Notes: a model not told the origin generated them from the letters alone. Positions 39,401-49,165 are shown, counted from the stretch's first letter. The stretch: 64,000 nt of DNA from Botryllus schlosseri (GCA_051294905.1 CM119383.1:9052001-9116000); one strand, 5' to 3'. Translations and numbers: made by a program.

Positions 39401-42400
39401 AGTGACGTTGTTTCCACAAAAATAGCAAATGAAACGTATATTCTTCTTGAAATGAACCCCATAAGACAGTATTCGACTTTGACTCTGCAAAAATAGCTCT
39501 AAAATCTTAATAATTTAAACAGCACTACTAATGTCTCGCTTGTATTTTATTTTCAGTCGACCACTCCAGAGTCATTCTGCCGAAAGTGGGAATCGACGCA
39601 GACTCCGATTACATCAACGCTTCCTTCGTCGACGTACGTCTCACGCTCGGTTATCAGTTTTCGTGTCAATATTCAATTCCGTCGCCCGTTCTCAGGGCTA
39701 CAAGCACAAGGGCAAATTTATCGCGGCGCAAGGACCGAAAGAGAACACCATCGACGATTTCTGGAGGATGATCTGGGAGCAGAACGTATCGACCATAGTT
39801 ATGGCCACGAATTTAGAGGAGAGGAAAGAGGTACCACGCATTTGTGTTGGGTTAGAAAAATAGGATTTTCACTGTTTTTCCATTTGTGAAGTCAATAGCT
39901 CCTATGCTGCAAAATAAAGCGGAAGTACTCTGTTACTGACTACTTTTCGGTATCTCAAGGTGACCAATCACCATTGATCTCTGGCTGCCTATTCCAGCTC
40001 AAGTGCGCGAAATACTGGCCGTCGGGCACCAGTGAAAATTACGGAGAACTGATGGTCCATACGCTGGGAGAGAATCACCTGGTCGACTTTACGATAAGGA
40101 AGTTTACGATACAGCGGGTCGCGGTACGTACCTCACTGGCTCTGCCTTGAATGCTTCTTAGCTATTATCCTGCTCCATTTCTTCAGGCAAACGTGGAAGC
40201 CAGTCTTAGCGTGAAGCGTAACGTAACGCAGTACCATTTCACGAGTTGGCCCGACTTTGGGGTGCCAAAGTCGCCATCCGGCATACTGAAGTTCTTGCGA
40301 AAAATCAAACACAGTAGTCCGACTGGGTTTGGTCCGATTGTTGTCCACTGCAGGTAACTGGCGGCTTCGTTTGATTTTTCAAAATATGAAGGGAAAGGAT
40401 AGTAGCTTCCCCTTAAAAACTGTTAAGTAGAAATGAAACTAGTTTAAAGTATAATGTTGCTAGAAGATAAAAACCTACTTCGAAAATGTGTGACATACCT
40501 CTGTGTATTCGCGGAATTAATGCGTACGTTTTTGCTTGCGCAGTGCGGGCGTCGGCCGGACCGGCACTTTCATCTGCATCGACGGCATGATGGACATGAT
40601 ATCGCGAGAGAACAAAATCGACGTGTTCTCGTTTTCCTCGCAAATGCGTCAGCAGAGGCCGGAAATGGTGCAGACCGAGGTGAGGCTCGTGTGCGATAAG
40701 AAAGTTTGCTTGCGCGGATCGTCGCTTCCTAAAATTCAGAGTTTTGGACATTGTTACGCAGCAAATTACTAGAGGTGGTCGAAGCATTCAGCTCTGCCAC
40801 TCAAGTAGAAGTGGAAGTACAGTCCTGAGTCCTGACTTAGACCTAATATCCAATGGCTAGGAACGTAGAATGCCGAGTCCAATATTACTTTAATGTTAGC
40901 GACACATAAAACGAATAAGGAATACTCGTACCAACGACCGCGTTGCAATATAAGGTAACGTGATAATAATTTAGTTTTACCTAAATAACAGGAGGTTTTT
41001 TTTTTGAAAAAATCAAATACTCAAATACAATACGCAAAAATTTTGACTTCTTTTTACCTTGAAAAACTTAATTTCGACCTCATGCATGCAAATTAGGTGT
41101 TTTCGCACATACTGTTAGAATCGTACTACTTATGTTCGTTTCTGGTTGGAACTGTCTCTCCTTACGAAATAGTTTATCCTGAAAAAAACTTTGACTTGAA
41201 AACTGACAAATTTTTACATCGAAAAAACTTTATTTTATCGAAATTTTTACCTATGAAGAATTCCAGCAGTTACGTCACACATTTTGGTAGAAATACTTAA
41301 AATTTGTTGTAGTACAACAAGAGATACGTTCCTACATTCTAGGGTAGAAAGTGTCTATCTTTACTAAGCATCTTGCCAAGCATGGTGAAAGAACGTTCAA
41401 CAACAGCAGTTGTTGGCTTCATTCTGTCAATGTTGTCTACATCACAATTTTTCGTCATGCGCTCCTTGATATAAGAGCCAATGCCACACAGTCTTGCTTC
41501 AGTTAGGATATTGTGGTACGTTCAGCATAACAACATGTCAACCTATTCGTTTCATTTGAGCGTTTATGATTCACAATGAGCTGACAATGGGCTGTCTACA
41601 ATGGTACGCCTATATAGTAGGCTACAAGCTGTAAAATGTCAAATGATAAGTTCACCGACAGTGCAAACATCTACGACACAAACGAAATGCAGGTTGCAAA
41701 AACATTTTGACTTTGCAAACAATTTTGCCAATTTTTTAACCTAACGCTACAATTTTGACATGTCCAAAACAGAATCGCCCTACTGATAACTCCTCCTCCG
41801 ATTAACTTCCTAAAGTATTTGACGCCTAGACCAAATCAAGTTTTCGAAACTGTTTTGAGTACTTTCATTTCCTACCTTTACATGAGTAGCATTGCCGACT
41901 ACTTTGACTGGCTTTGATTCTCGGTGGATTCCACGTAAGCCTAATATGAAAACGCGCTTTAATCTTATTTCTCAAACATCACAGCAACAATACATCTTCA
42001 TATACCAAGCCGTACTCGAGCACCACCTGTACGGCGATACAGAAGTGGAGGCGTCCGAAGTGTCGGCTCACATAGAAGAGCTGATGCAGAGGCTGCCCGG
42101 TAACGTAACGGGCATGGAACACGAATTTAAGGTAAGATTCCACGTCTCTGTGCCTGGGTTTCGGGCAGGTTAATTCTTACATCGCATTTCGTGTCTCTCT
42201 CTCAGAAATTAACGTCAATCCAAATTCAAAAGGAGCACATGCGTGCCGGCAATCATCCCGCGAATATGCGCAAGAATCGAGTTTTGTTAATTTTTCCATG
42301 TGAGTCGGTTTGGATTTTCTCTCGTCGACCCGTTTGCAAATGCTTGCTTCTTGCAGATGATTGGAACAGGGTTATGCTGCCCATGAAGAGGGGGCAAGAA

Positions 42401-45368
42401 AACACAGACTACATCAACGCTTCATATATTGACGTGAGTGTATTTTGTGTTCAATACAATGTAATTTCTATTGTGTCTGAGTAGGAATCGCGAATTTTTA
42501 TATCCTCGATCAGCAACAATGGGTGTGGTTCTCAATTCAGCAAACTGTAATCTAAATATTCGTTCTGCAGCAGACTCCGGCAATTTATTTATCTTTCAAG
42601 TTGTTTTCAATAGAATATGGTGCTCAAAATACGGTAACCTAAGCGTGAGGCACTTGGTTTATCGCTGCAGACTACTTTATATGCAGAGGTGAGCAAAGTA
42701 GCCTGCGTTGCTCCTTGACCAGAAGTAGAAGTTACTCCATAAATTTGTGCTCGGTTACATGTAGAAATAGCGATTTGCAAGACACGTCAAAACCGCTTCA
42801 AGGGGTGGCAGAAAATGAATTGAAAAGTTGGTGCATTTGGTCGAGACGTTTCATACTTGTAGCATATTATCTTAGATGGGTAATCTGGAAATTTTTAGAT
42901 GCGTCTTCAATGCAAAATGACTAACGAGGCTGCAAATAGGTGCGATCTTCAAAAATATATCCACTTATCATGACACAGGGTTATTTCACTGCAAACTTAT
43001 CCCATAACTACTTTCTATTAATCAAAATCCTGAGTGAGACAAAAATAAATGTTTTGCAAGAAGATCTAGTAGACAAAACCTGGGTCTGTACTATTCCGCA
43101 AGAGTAAAAGTACTTCATTGCTGACTAAGTCTGTTTGTATGCGCTCTTCAATTTGACAATGTCTCCAAATTACATCGCTGCAGGGTTACCGACAGAAAGA
43201 CGCCTACATCGCGACGCAAGGTCCTCTGCCGCACACAACGGAAGATTTCTGGCGGATGATCTGGCATTACGAATGCGCGTCTATCGTCATGCTTACCGAG
43301 ACGGTGGAGCGAGGCCAGGTGAAATGCGCGCAGTACTGGCCCAACGAAGGCGTCTCCACGTTCGGGGACATCGACGTCGAACTGGTGACGAGTTACGAGA
43401 ACGAGTATTATACCGAGAGAGATTTTAAAGTCACGAACTTATCTTCAACGGAACGTAAGGAGCTCATTGTGAAACAGGTAAGGGAAGTGTGCGTCGAAGG
43501 CTTACGAAAGCTGATGGTTTGGATGTGTGATTTGTTCAGAGGTCAAAGTCAGAGTTGTAACCAAGTCACAAGTCCATCTAACTTTTTAGTTTTGACTCGA
43601 GTCAAGTCCAAGTCAGTTAGTAGAGGGTCGAGTCCAAGTCATTGTGTTCGCTGTTCAGTTTTGAGTTGAATTCACTTTTTTCCACTCTGCTCGAGTGATA
43701 TAGAATGGCTCGCATTCATAATGTAGTATTTTTCCTCCATTTACACAGTTTCTGGTCTATTCTGCAAACGCCAGTAATGATAGACGAAATACCAATAATG
43801 TGGTACCTTTAATATTCTTCGAAGTTACTATGAAATGTCTGTCTTTGCCGTCCTTGTCTCGAGTCATATGACTTGGTTCGAGTCATGCACAATGACTCGA
43901 GTACAAGTCGATTCTATACAAAAATTGACTCGAGTCAAGTCGAGTCACCGGAAAATCGCGACTCGAGTCTGACTCAAGTTGAGTCATTACAACCCTGGTC
44001 AAAGTAGCCATTGTATGTCCTCTAGTACAAGTGCTAGTGGAAATAGCAATTTCCAAGTAAGTAAAAGGTTCAGAGGAGGCAACATAGTCATCGTCGGCAC
44101 GTAAGTAGAAGTAAAAGTAACCTTGTAAAATTTTACTCAGGTACAAGTAAAAGAATCTTATCTTTAAATGTGCCACGAGTTAGAGAGTTTACCGGCGAAA
44201 TGTAGTCTCCACTGCCCTGCCCTGCATAGATCAAGTCCCAGTCCATGTCCCATTCATTCTGTTGAGGCGATATTTGAATTCTATTCCGCGTTTGCAGTTC
44301 CACTATCACGACTGGCCGGAAGTGGGCGCTCCTGTTTCCGGGTACAGCATGATCGAATTAGTGGACGCCGTCCAGAAACAACAACAAAACTCCGGCAATC
44401 ACCCGATCGTTGTGCACTGCAGGTGAAGTATACAGGATTTTACATCATGTTGATAGACATTACGACTGGTCACCATGGCCGTATCCTCATAACAAGCATC
44501 TGCAACTCAGCTCAACAGCGGTACCATTACTTTGGCTTGAATCGTTTCATTTGGATTCGCTGGCAAAACAAGGCCAAATTTAGATTTTATCTTGTGTCGT
44601 TTTTCCGAACTTTATGACCTATCTGTTTTAACTGTTAATACTGTTTATCTGTGGTCACTCCTCGCGTTACTTCCCAAGTGGGTATCTGATTTCAAGTCAT
44701 TTCGTCGCCTTCCCCTCTTTTCATTGCATCGCAGTCTTGTAGTGTTTGGAAATGATGAAATTCTTAGTAATCTAATACTCCTGTGAATTAAATTGTCATA
44801 ACAGATAGACGAAGCAGCCTCGATATCACTGTAACTGAAATATATTTTTGACAATTGACTAAATCTAGTTTTAACTATGCGAGTACTTTTTAGACGGTTT
44901 ATTTTTTTCTGCATCCACTCGACATGTGTTAGAAATTACGACATTGCAACTACTTCTACTTGAGTACCAACGTTGATTAGAGTGTGGCAGCGTAGATGGC
45001 GATATATACAAAACCGTTCTGTCAAAGTGGCCCTATATATTTTCAAATTTTGCGCATCACCGTATTTTTGGTAATGATGATTTCCGTGATTACAGTGCTG
45101 GCGGTGGCAGGACAGGTGCGTTCTGTGCGCTGTCGACTGCCCTCGAACAAGTCAAAGCCGAAGGCGTCTTGGACATGTTCCAAATCGTGAAGTGCCTGCG
45201 CATGCAACGGCCGCATATGGTGCAAGACTTAGTGAGTGCCACCGGCAGGATTGAGCTGGTCACAAATTTCATGAACTGTCTTCTTTTCAACAGGATCAGT
45301 ACGAATTTTGTTACCGAGCCGTGCAGGAATATATTGATTCCATGAGTGAATATTACAACTTCAAATGA
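211..45368 (+). CDS. PTPRA/PTPRE: Receptor-type tyrosine phosphatase, R4 (PTPalpha/epsilon) cytoplasmic region with a WxxW + ricin-lectin + 14x sushi + Thr-rich ectodomain; 5' end lies outside the window
   Basis: Exons traced by GT-AG sites and frame continuity: 211-489, 6437-6835, 7628-7810, 9597-9776, 15190-15375, 15437-15613, 17563-17736, 18818-18991, 19059-19250, 19742-19918, 20577-20753, 22973-23149, 24666-24842, 27375-27554, 28342-28521, 29677-29856, 36330-36611, 37390-37600, 38271-38427, 38492-38576, 39557-39633, 39696-39830, 39998-40123, 40187-40353, 40544-40679, 41985-42131, 42206-42299, 42357-42433, 43184-43477, 44298-44422, 45096-45231, 45294-45368 (TGA). Total 5516 nt. Joining the ectodomain exons to the PTP exons is inferred from phase compatibility, not from transcripts. 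Confidence 0.8.
3449..3555 (-). mobile_element. Degenerate copy of the same hammerhead-bearing repeat
   Basis: Minus strand reads TACCC-CTGACAAGC-GAA-AATATT-C-GGGTAT (stem II deleted). Shares the acttcaatatacaattga flank. Confidence 0.55.
4168..4397. mobile_element. Possible DINE-1/Helentron-like short element
   Basis: GTGAATTTGGCAC start, degenerate TTAG(G) run near 4345-4375, GTGGCCGCCAATTGTCGAATTC end. A related AAATTCGGCAC array lies at 3298-3410. Confidence 0.35.
6437..6835 (+). CDS. Exon encoding a ricin B-type (beta-trefoil) lectin domain
   Basis: ccacag| acceptor and |gtgagt donor, phase 1-1. Shows GGCLSA..DCD..KQQW, QCLA..LQNC..RTQKW and DSKW, i.e. the three QxW-type repeats. Confidence 0.8.
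7628..7810 (+). CDS. Sushi/CCP exon 1
   Basis: [60 protein letters not shown]; AG/GT flanks, phase 1-1. Not present in the ORF track. Confidence 0.8.
8333..8515 (-). mobile_element. PLE terminal-repeat-like fragment with a mutated hammerhead motif (8395-8430)
   Basis: Minus strand reads TACCC-TTGACGA-GTGTCAGCC-GAA-AATATT-C-GGGTT. The flanks are nearly identical to the 16.7-kb copy. Confidence 0.65.
9597..9776 (+). CDS. Sushi/CCP exon 2
   Basis: [59 protein letters not shown]; phase 1-1. Confidence 0.85.
14146..14320 (-). mobile_element. PLE terminal-repeat-like fragment with an intact minimal type I hammerhead motif (14195-14235)
   Basis: Minus strand reads TATTCCCC-CTGACGA-GGGTCAGCC-GAA-AAGCTT-C-GGGAATA. 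Confidence 0.7.
15190..15375 (+). CDS. Sushi/CCP exon 3
   Basis: [61 protein letters not shown]; phase 1-1. Confidence 0.85.
15437..15613 (+). CDS. Sushi/CCP exon 4
   Basis: [58 protein letters not shown]; follows a 61-nt intron. Confidence 0.85.
16671..16845 (-). mobile_element. PLE terminal-repeat-like fragment with a hammerhead motif (16735-16770), inverted against the adjacent PLE ORF fragment
   Basis: Minus strand reads TACCC-CTGACGA-GTGTCAGCC-GAA-AATATT-C-AGGTT (one stem I mismatch). Confidence 0.7.
16847..17280 (+). mobile_element. Penelope-like element fragment (RT thumb and linker, ending at the start of GIY-YIG)
   Basis: [52 protein letters not shown], then after a frameshift [46 protein letters not shown]. 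These are PLE-typical motifs with stops. Confidence 0.8.
17563..17736 (+). CDS. Sushi/CCP exon 5
   Basis: [57 protein letters not shown]; phase 1-1. Confidence 0.85.
18818..18991 (+). CDS. Sushi/CCP exon 6
   Basis: [57 protein letters not shown]; phase 1-1. Confidence 0.85.
19059..19250 (+). CDS. Sushi/CCP exon 7
   Basis: [63 protein letters not shown]; follows a 67-nt intron. Confidence 0.85.
19742..19918 (+). CDS. Sushi/CCP exon 8
   Basis: [58 protein letters not shown]; phase 1-1. Confidence 0.85.
20577..20753 (+). CDS. Sushi/CCP exon 9
   Basis: [58 protein letters not shown]; phase 1-1. Not present in the ORF track. Confidence 0.85.
21421..22688 (-). mobile_element. Internally deleted hAT (Charlie/Buster-like) element with a transposase dimerisation-domain relic
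   Basis: 16-bp TIR CAGGGGTCACCAACCT; perfect TSD CCCTAGAG (21413-20 and 22689-96). Minus strand reads ..[34 protein letters not shown]. Confidence 0.9.
22973..23149 (+). CDS. Sushi/CCP exon 10
   Basis: [58 protein letters not shown]; phase 1-1. Confidence 0.85.
23191..23330 (+). mobile_element. tRNA-derived SINE, copy 1
   Basis: A-box-like AGCGTAATGG and B-box-like GGGTTTAATCCC, followed by GGGTCAGACCAAAGAC. Homologous to 47536-47625. Confidence 0.6.
23364..24237. repeat. Apparently identical 437-bp tandem duplication
   Basis: 23364-23800 equals 23801-24237 as far as I can compare by eye. The ORF track shows identical 60-aa ORFs 437 bp apart. Confidence 0.95.
24666..24842 (+). CDS. Sushi/CCP exon 11
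   Basis: [58 protein letters not shown]; phase 1-1. Confidence 0.85.
25631..27172. mobile_element. Non-autonomous hAT element
   Basis: TIR CAGAGG(C/T)CTCAAAC, subterminal GCGGCCCGC motifs, perfect TSD GTCTAAAT (25623-30 and 27173-80). Confidence 0.85.
27375..27554 (+). CDS. Sushi/CCP exon 12
   Basis: [59 protein letters not shown]; phase 1-1. Confidence 0.85.
28342..28521 (+). CDS. Sushi/CCP exon 13
   Basis: [59 protein letters not shown]; phase 1-1. This frame is not in the ORF track. Confidence 0.85.
29677..29856 (+). CDS. Sushi/CCP exon 14
   Basis: [59 protein letters not shown]; gtaagt donor, phase 1-1. Confidence 0.85.
30347..30488 (+). CDS. Candidate alternative first (signal-peptide) exon or cassette exon of the PTP gene
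   Basis: ATG at 30347 gives [47 protein letters not shown], ending at a phase-1 G|GTAAGT donor (30489) that is in frame with the Thr-rich exon. A pyrimidine-rich acceptor (tttttctacaag|, 30395/6) and a second ATG (30416) lie inside it. Confidence 0.35.
36120..36310 (-). mobile_element. Degenerate 3' end of a CR1/L2-type LINE ORF2
   Basis: Minus-strand [14 protein letters not shown] resembles the conserved HxYxTR tail, also seen as HSYGTRSKSSSN in the LINE at 58.9 kb. Confidence 0.4.
36330..36611 (+). CDS. Thr/Ser/Pro-rich mucin-like stalk exon
   Basis: [34 protein letters not shown]...TTIMTTTT; tttag| acceptor and |gtatgc donor, phase 1-1. Confidence 0.85.
36668..36994. repeat. Diverged ~164-bp tandem duplication of a MITE segment
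   Basis: TTTAGCCTT(G/C)TTATGTCACCTTT..AAGTAGAAATAGC occurs at 36668 and 36832. Confidence 0.8.
37390..37600 (+). CDS. Transmembrane exon
   Basis: [27 protein letters not shown] followed by the basic stop-transfer [11 protein letters not shown]; ends in phase 2. Confidence 0.9.
37790..37995. mobile_element. Inverted pair of degenerate hammerhead-bearing PLE repeats
   Basis: 37790-37900 matches the family in the usual orientation. 37910-37995 is the reverse copy (TACCC-ATGAGGA-GTGTCAGCC-GAAT-ATAT at 37927-37960). Confidence 0.55.
38271..42131 (+). CDS. PTPRA/PTPRE: Juxtamembrane/wedge region and catalytic PTP domain D1 (8 exons)
   Basis: [23 protein letters not shown] (cf. PTPRA [23 protein letters not shown]), [66 protein letters not shown]. 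All catalytic motifs are intact. Confidence 0.97.
42206..45368 (+). CDS. PTPRA/PTPRE: PTP domain D2 and C-terminal tail (6 exons)
   Basis: [92 protein letters not shown]. Closely matches PTPRA D2 and its tail (EYIDAFSDYANFK). Confidence 0.97.
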
Positions 45369-47175
45369 CGAAACGCGAGAAAAAGAGAATAAGTTCAGTG
45401 TGTGAAACGCGGGCCGCGCGACGACACAAATCCAGCTACGCCGGCGTCGCACAGAGTGGTACTCGTGAAAATATCGTCGCAACCCCGATTTCCAGTGTTC
45501 GTGTTATCGTGCAGAACATGTGTTATTGCGAATCTTGCCCAATCGGGAACTATCCGATTGTGACACGACTATGGTACCGTTATTTGTTATCATGATTGGC
45601 AACTTCTGTTTTCGGCATACTTCAATTTCGAACAATCCAGAAAATCTCGGCCTACGCAATGTACAATAATGTACCAACATCCAAAGTATCGAGAGTCTCT
45701 CTACGTTCACGTTATACTGTGGTAATAGCGAGGGGGTTTGTTTTTCTGCACTTAATCGAAGAGTTGATCCGATTGTGAAGTTCTGCCAAACTATATATGA
45801 TGAGAGGATGGTTGATTTTTACGGCGTATCGCCCTTTTCCTTTGTCGAATTTACAGCGTTTTATTGTGTGCGTTGGGCGCTCGCTTCTTTGCAAGCATTT
45901 TTCTTGGTGTGCGTGTTACTATCCTACTTCATCGCGATCATGTTTATGAATTTGTTTTCGAACACTGCCGTGAAGAAGCTCTTTCTGGGGCGGTCAGCAG
46001 TGTACTTCCACTCAAATTCAAGTACTCGAATATTTTGTCTCTTGTACTAGATGAATGAATGAATTTCTACCAGAGTTCTTCTAATGCTAATGTTATCTGT
46101 GGGTTTATATTGATTTTACCCAGGACTGGGTATTCGCACAAATTTTCATTTGACTCTGACTCCAACAAATTGAAAACTCCTACTTCAAACCCTGTTTTAA
46201 GAGTGAAAGTGACTTTGCAATAACTCCTTGGGTACATGAAGTTGTCCACTTCATAAAGTGGTTTCGGCCACCTTTGCGATCACTACCTCTACTTAGTGAC
46301 ATGAGCGTTTACTCTCACCATCTCTGGTCTCGATTAGGGACGAACTGATTTATATGCACGTCTTGTTTGGATCTGGGTTCTTATATGCCGGAAAACGGAT
46401 GGTATTTGATAGCATATAATAGTGGAGTTTTTAAATATGATTGCGTCTATCCCCTGTTATTTTGTAAAGATGTTAAAGTTTTTATGGAATGGTGCCATTT
46501 TCCTAACCTTGCATACATATTTTTTCTCTTGCTTTTATTTCCTATTTCTCATCACTTCTAATAACTAAGTGTATTGAATGAATTAATACAATTTCTCTTT
46601 CGTAAATTCTGTTCCGCGGTGTGGATGGTAGTAGTCAGAAATGCCAGATTAACAAGTCAAAAACTGCAGGCAGATAAAATACAAGGATATGCTTTAACCC
46701 GCAGCCTCGTCCTACACGCGCGTGTTCGTATCTCCATTACGCAGTGATTCGACCAATCGAGGCCACGGTATTAGTATGGCACTGGGACCAATCGACCCAA
46801 ATGTATTGTTTGTGGTATTTATGGTGATATTCTACTATAATGGTCTTTTTTATGACTCCGTAGCTGCCGACTTGAAGCACCTCCCGCTTCTAGGCTCTTC
46901 TAAGAAGATATGATTAGATAATCTGAACAAGACACACACAGTGCGATGAAATGAACAGGTAGGAAGATGCCGAACGACCAGTTGCGGTCTCTTAAAATGG
47001 CATACACCTCGTCCTAGTGTCCGATGTCACAGATATTTCTTCGGTGTTTGTCCCTATTCGACGGCTCTTTGTTGCCCTTCCCGTTTCTTGTAAGTGCGCT
47101 CTTTCATCGGGTATTTATCTGGGCCTTTTTGTCACCGTAAGAACAGCAACGCGACGGAAGATGAGCCCAGAATAA

Positions 47176-47376
47176 CCTCCGTCGCGGAATCGAACCCCGG
47201 GCGTCAGGCGCTTATCGTCACCACTACACTATCTCCCCCGTAGACACCGCTTCCGCAGATCAGATAGCGAGGAGGAGCTTAGATAAACCTCCAACACTTA
47301 GGAAAGGAGTCGGACTCGAACCCGGACACAATAGTGTTGCAGCTGTGGCTCATACCACTACGGACTAAGCGCTACC
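47176..47376 (-). pseudogene. Two tRNA-like relics (SINE heads or tRNA pseudogenes)
   Basis: Minus strand 47240-47176 has TAGTGTAGTGG..GGGGTTCGATTCC; 47376-47306 has CGTAGTGGTA..GGGTTCGAGTCC. Both have A/B boxes, but the acceptor and anticodon stems do not fold properly. Confidence 0.5.
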
Positions 47377-47535
47377 TCGCCACTAACCCAAATGTGTATT
47401 GCATGGTACAACGAAGGTAGCGTACTAGAAACTAATTGTAAGGCACGAAAAAAATCCGTGATACGAGTAACAATAAAGTCATCCACCGTACCAATTCGCT
47501 AGCTGCTGAGGAATTGCAGCCCAATAAACAATCAT

Positions 47536-47625
47536 ACTCCAATGGTGATGCGTCCGGCCTTTTGATCGGTAGGTCGGGGGTTCAATTCCCGGTCGGGTCA
47601 GACCGAAGACTCGAAAACTGGCATA
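47536..47625 (+). mobile_element. tRNA-derived SINE, copy 2
   Basis: AATGGTGATGCGTCCGG..TTGATCGGTAGGTC..GGTTCAATTCCCGGTCGGGTCAGACCGAAGAC. Confidence 0.6.
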
Positions 47626-47975
47626 CGCGTAGCCTGTATGTATGTTCCATAGAGCCTGGAGCTACTGTACAGTGTACACTACCAGTATTGGCTACCGAGC
47701 ATTTCAAAACTATTGCCTATCCTAATTATAGGCACCTTTCGTGGCTAATGTGTAATATTTCCGAGCCAACAAAAACAATTTTGCCATGATTCGTCCTAGG
47801 TTTCAGTCCAGTTCGGTTAATCAAAAATTTGATCATTTCTAAGGCGAGCATGAATCGAAAATTTATTCTAAGGTATACCCTATACAAGTATACAGTGTTA
47901 ATATTGTTCAGTTGCACGTGAAATAGTTGCACATAGTCGACATAATGAACACCCCAACTTTTACCCATGCGACGT

Positions 47976-48057
47976 GCTGCGATGGCCGAGTGGTTAAGGC
48001 GTTGGACTCGAAATCCAATGGGATATTCCCGCGCAGGTTCGAATCCTGCTCGCAGCG
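47976..48057 (+). tRNA. tRNA-Ser: tRNA-Ser(CGA)
   Basis: 82 nt. Acceptor stem GCTGCGA/TCGCAGC plus discriminator G; D-arm TGGCCGAGTGGTTAAGGC; anticodon stem TTGGA-CT-CGA-AA-TCCAA (CGA at 48009-48011); long variable arm; T-arm GCAGG-TTCGAAT-CCTGC; TTTT terminator at 48065-48068. Confidence 0.97.
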
Positions 48058-48197
48058 TATATTCTTTTAACCTAATTTCGAATATAAAATACTAATAAAC
48101 CAAGAAGTCACGTACGTGTGTACATTAGTACTAGTTAACCAGAACAACGCTCACTCCATGCAGTGTTCCCGTCACGACAGAGCTCTGTAAAGAAAGA

Positions 48198-49165
48198 TTG
48201 TTGGGTCCGTATTCAAAGACACGCCTCGGACTCAAACTAGAGATCGAGATCTCTGCATTCCTGTTCGGCCACGAAAAAAAGGTGGAATATGCCAAGCTGA
48301 TACAAACAAAAGAGATGGGAGGATTGGGCCTGGTAGACATACCGACGCTGACGGATTTCGCATTCATTAAACCGGCGCTACAATACATATGCAGAGAAAA
48401 AGGGATACCAGAAGATGACTGGTCAAGAACACTGGAGAATCAGCTGGCACTAATACTTAAAAGGTATGTCCACGATCCAATTAAGAATAACATACCACAT
48501 GCATTTCAGCCGCTAACACACTGGCGCGAAAGCAACAACGCAATGAAAGATCTCGGGGTAACGTCGAGCAACAAGAAAATCAAGCCAAAAGACCGGTACC
48601 GCATGGTGGTTGCGAGCAACAATGCGAGGGAGGTGGCGTCAATGCAGGGCCTTATAGCTGGAACAACATTAACCATCGATTCCTTACAAACAAACAACGA
48701 GAAACCAATTGGAATATCGCCCACCGAACGTTGCCAACGAACGATAGACTACAGGCGTGAGCTGCAGCAAAAACCAGAGACAGCGAGATGTGTCAGCTAA
48801 GAATTGAAACTCACGAACATTTATTCGTAAATTGCAAAATTGCCAAAACTGTCATGTCTTACATTCTAGAAACGTGGAGCAAAGCAACGGGACAAGAGGA
48901 ACAAGAACCATCCATAAGAACCATCATGAGTATGGACCCAAAGGGAACGCTCCCCGAAGATGCAAACTCCACGTTAATGAAGTTGTTGTCGATCGCAAAA
49001 GAGGCCATCTGGACTGGAAGGAATCTGCGAAAACATGAAAAAAGGAACATCGAGACAGAATGGGTACTCCGATCATGTGTCCTGAGATTGGAAAGAAGAA
49101 GAAGAAGCGACCAAGATCCGCGAGCAGAAGCAATGCTAGACGAAATCATAAAAACGATGAAGTAA
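48198..49165 (+). mobile_element. 5'-truncated, degenerate L1/Tx1-clade LINE ORF2 C-terminus (post-RT region and zf-RVT)
   Basis: ISAFLFGHEKKVEYAKLIQTKEMGGLGLVDI; after a frameshift near 48690, RETNWNIAHRTLPTNDRL..CQLRIETHEHLFVNC..LLSIAKEAIWTGRN. One in-frame stop; no poly(A) tail found. Confidence 0.8.
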
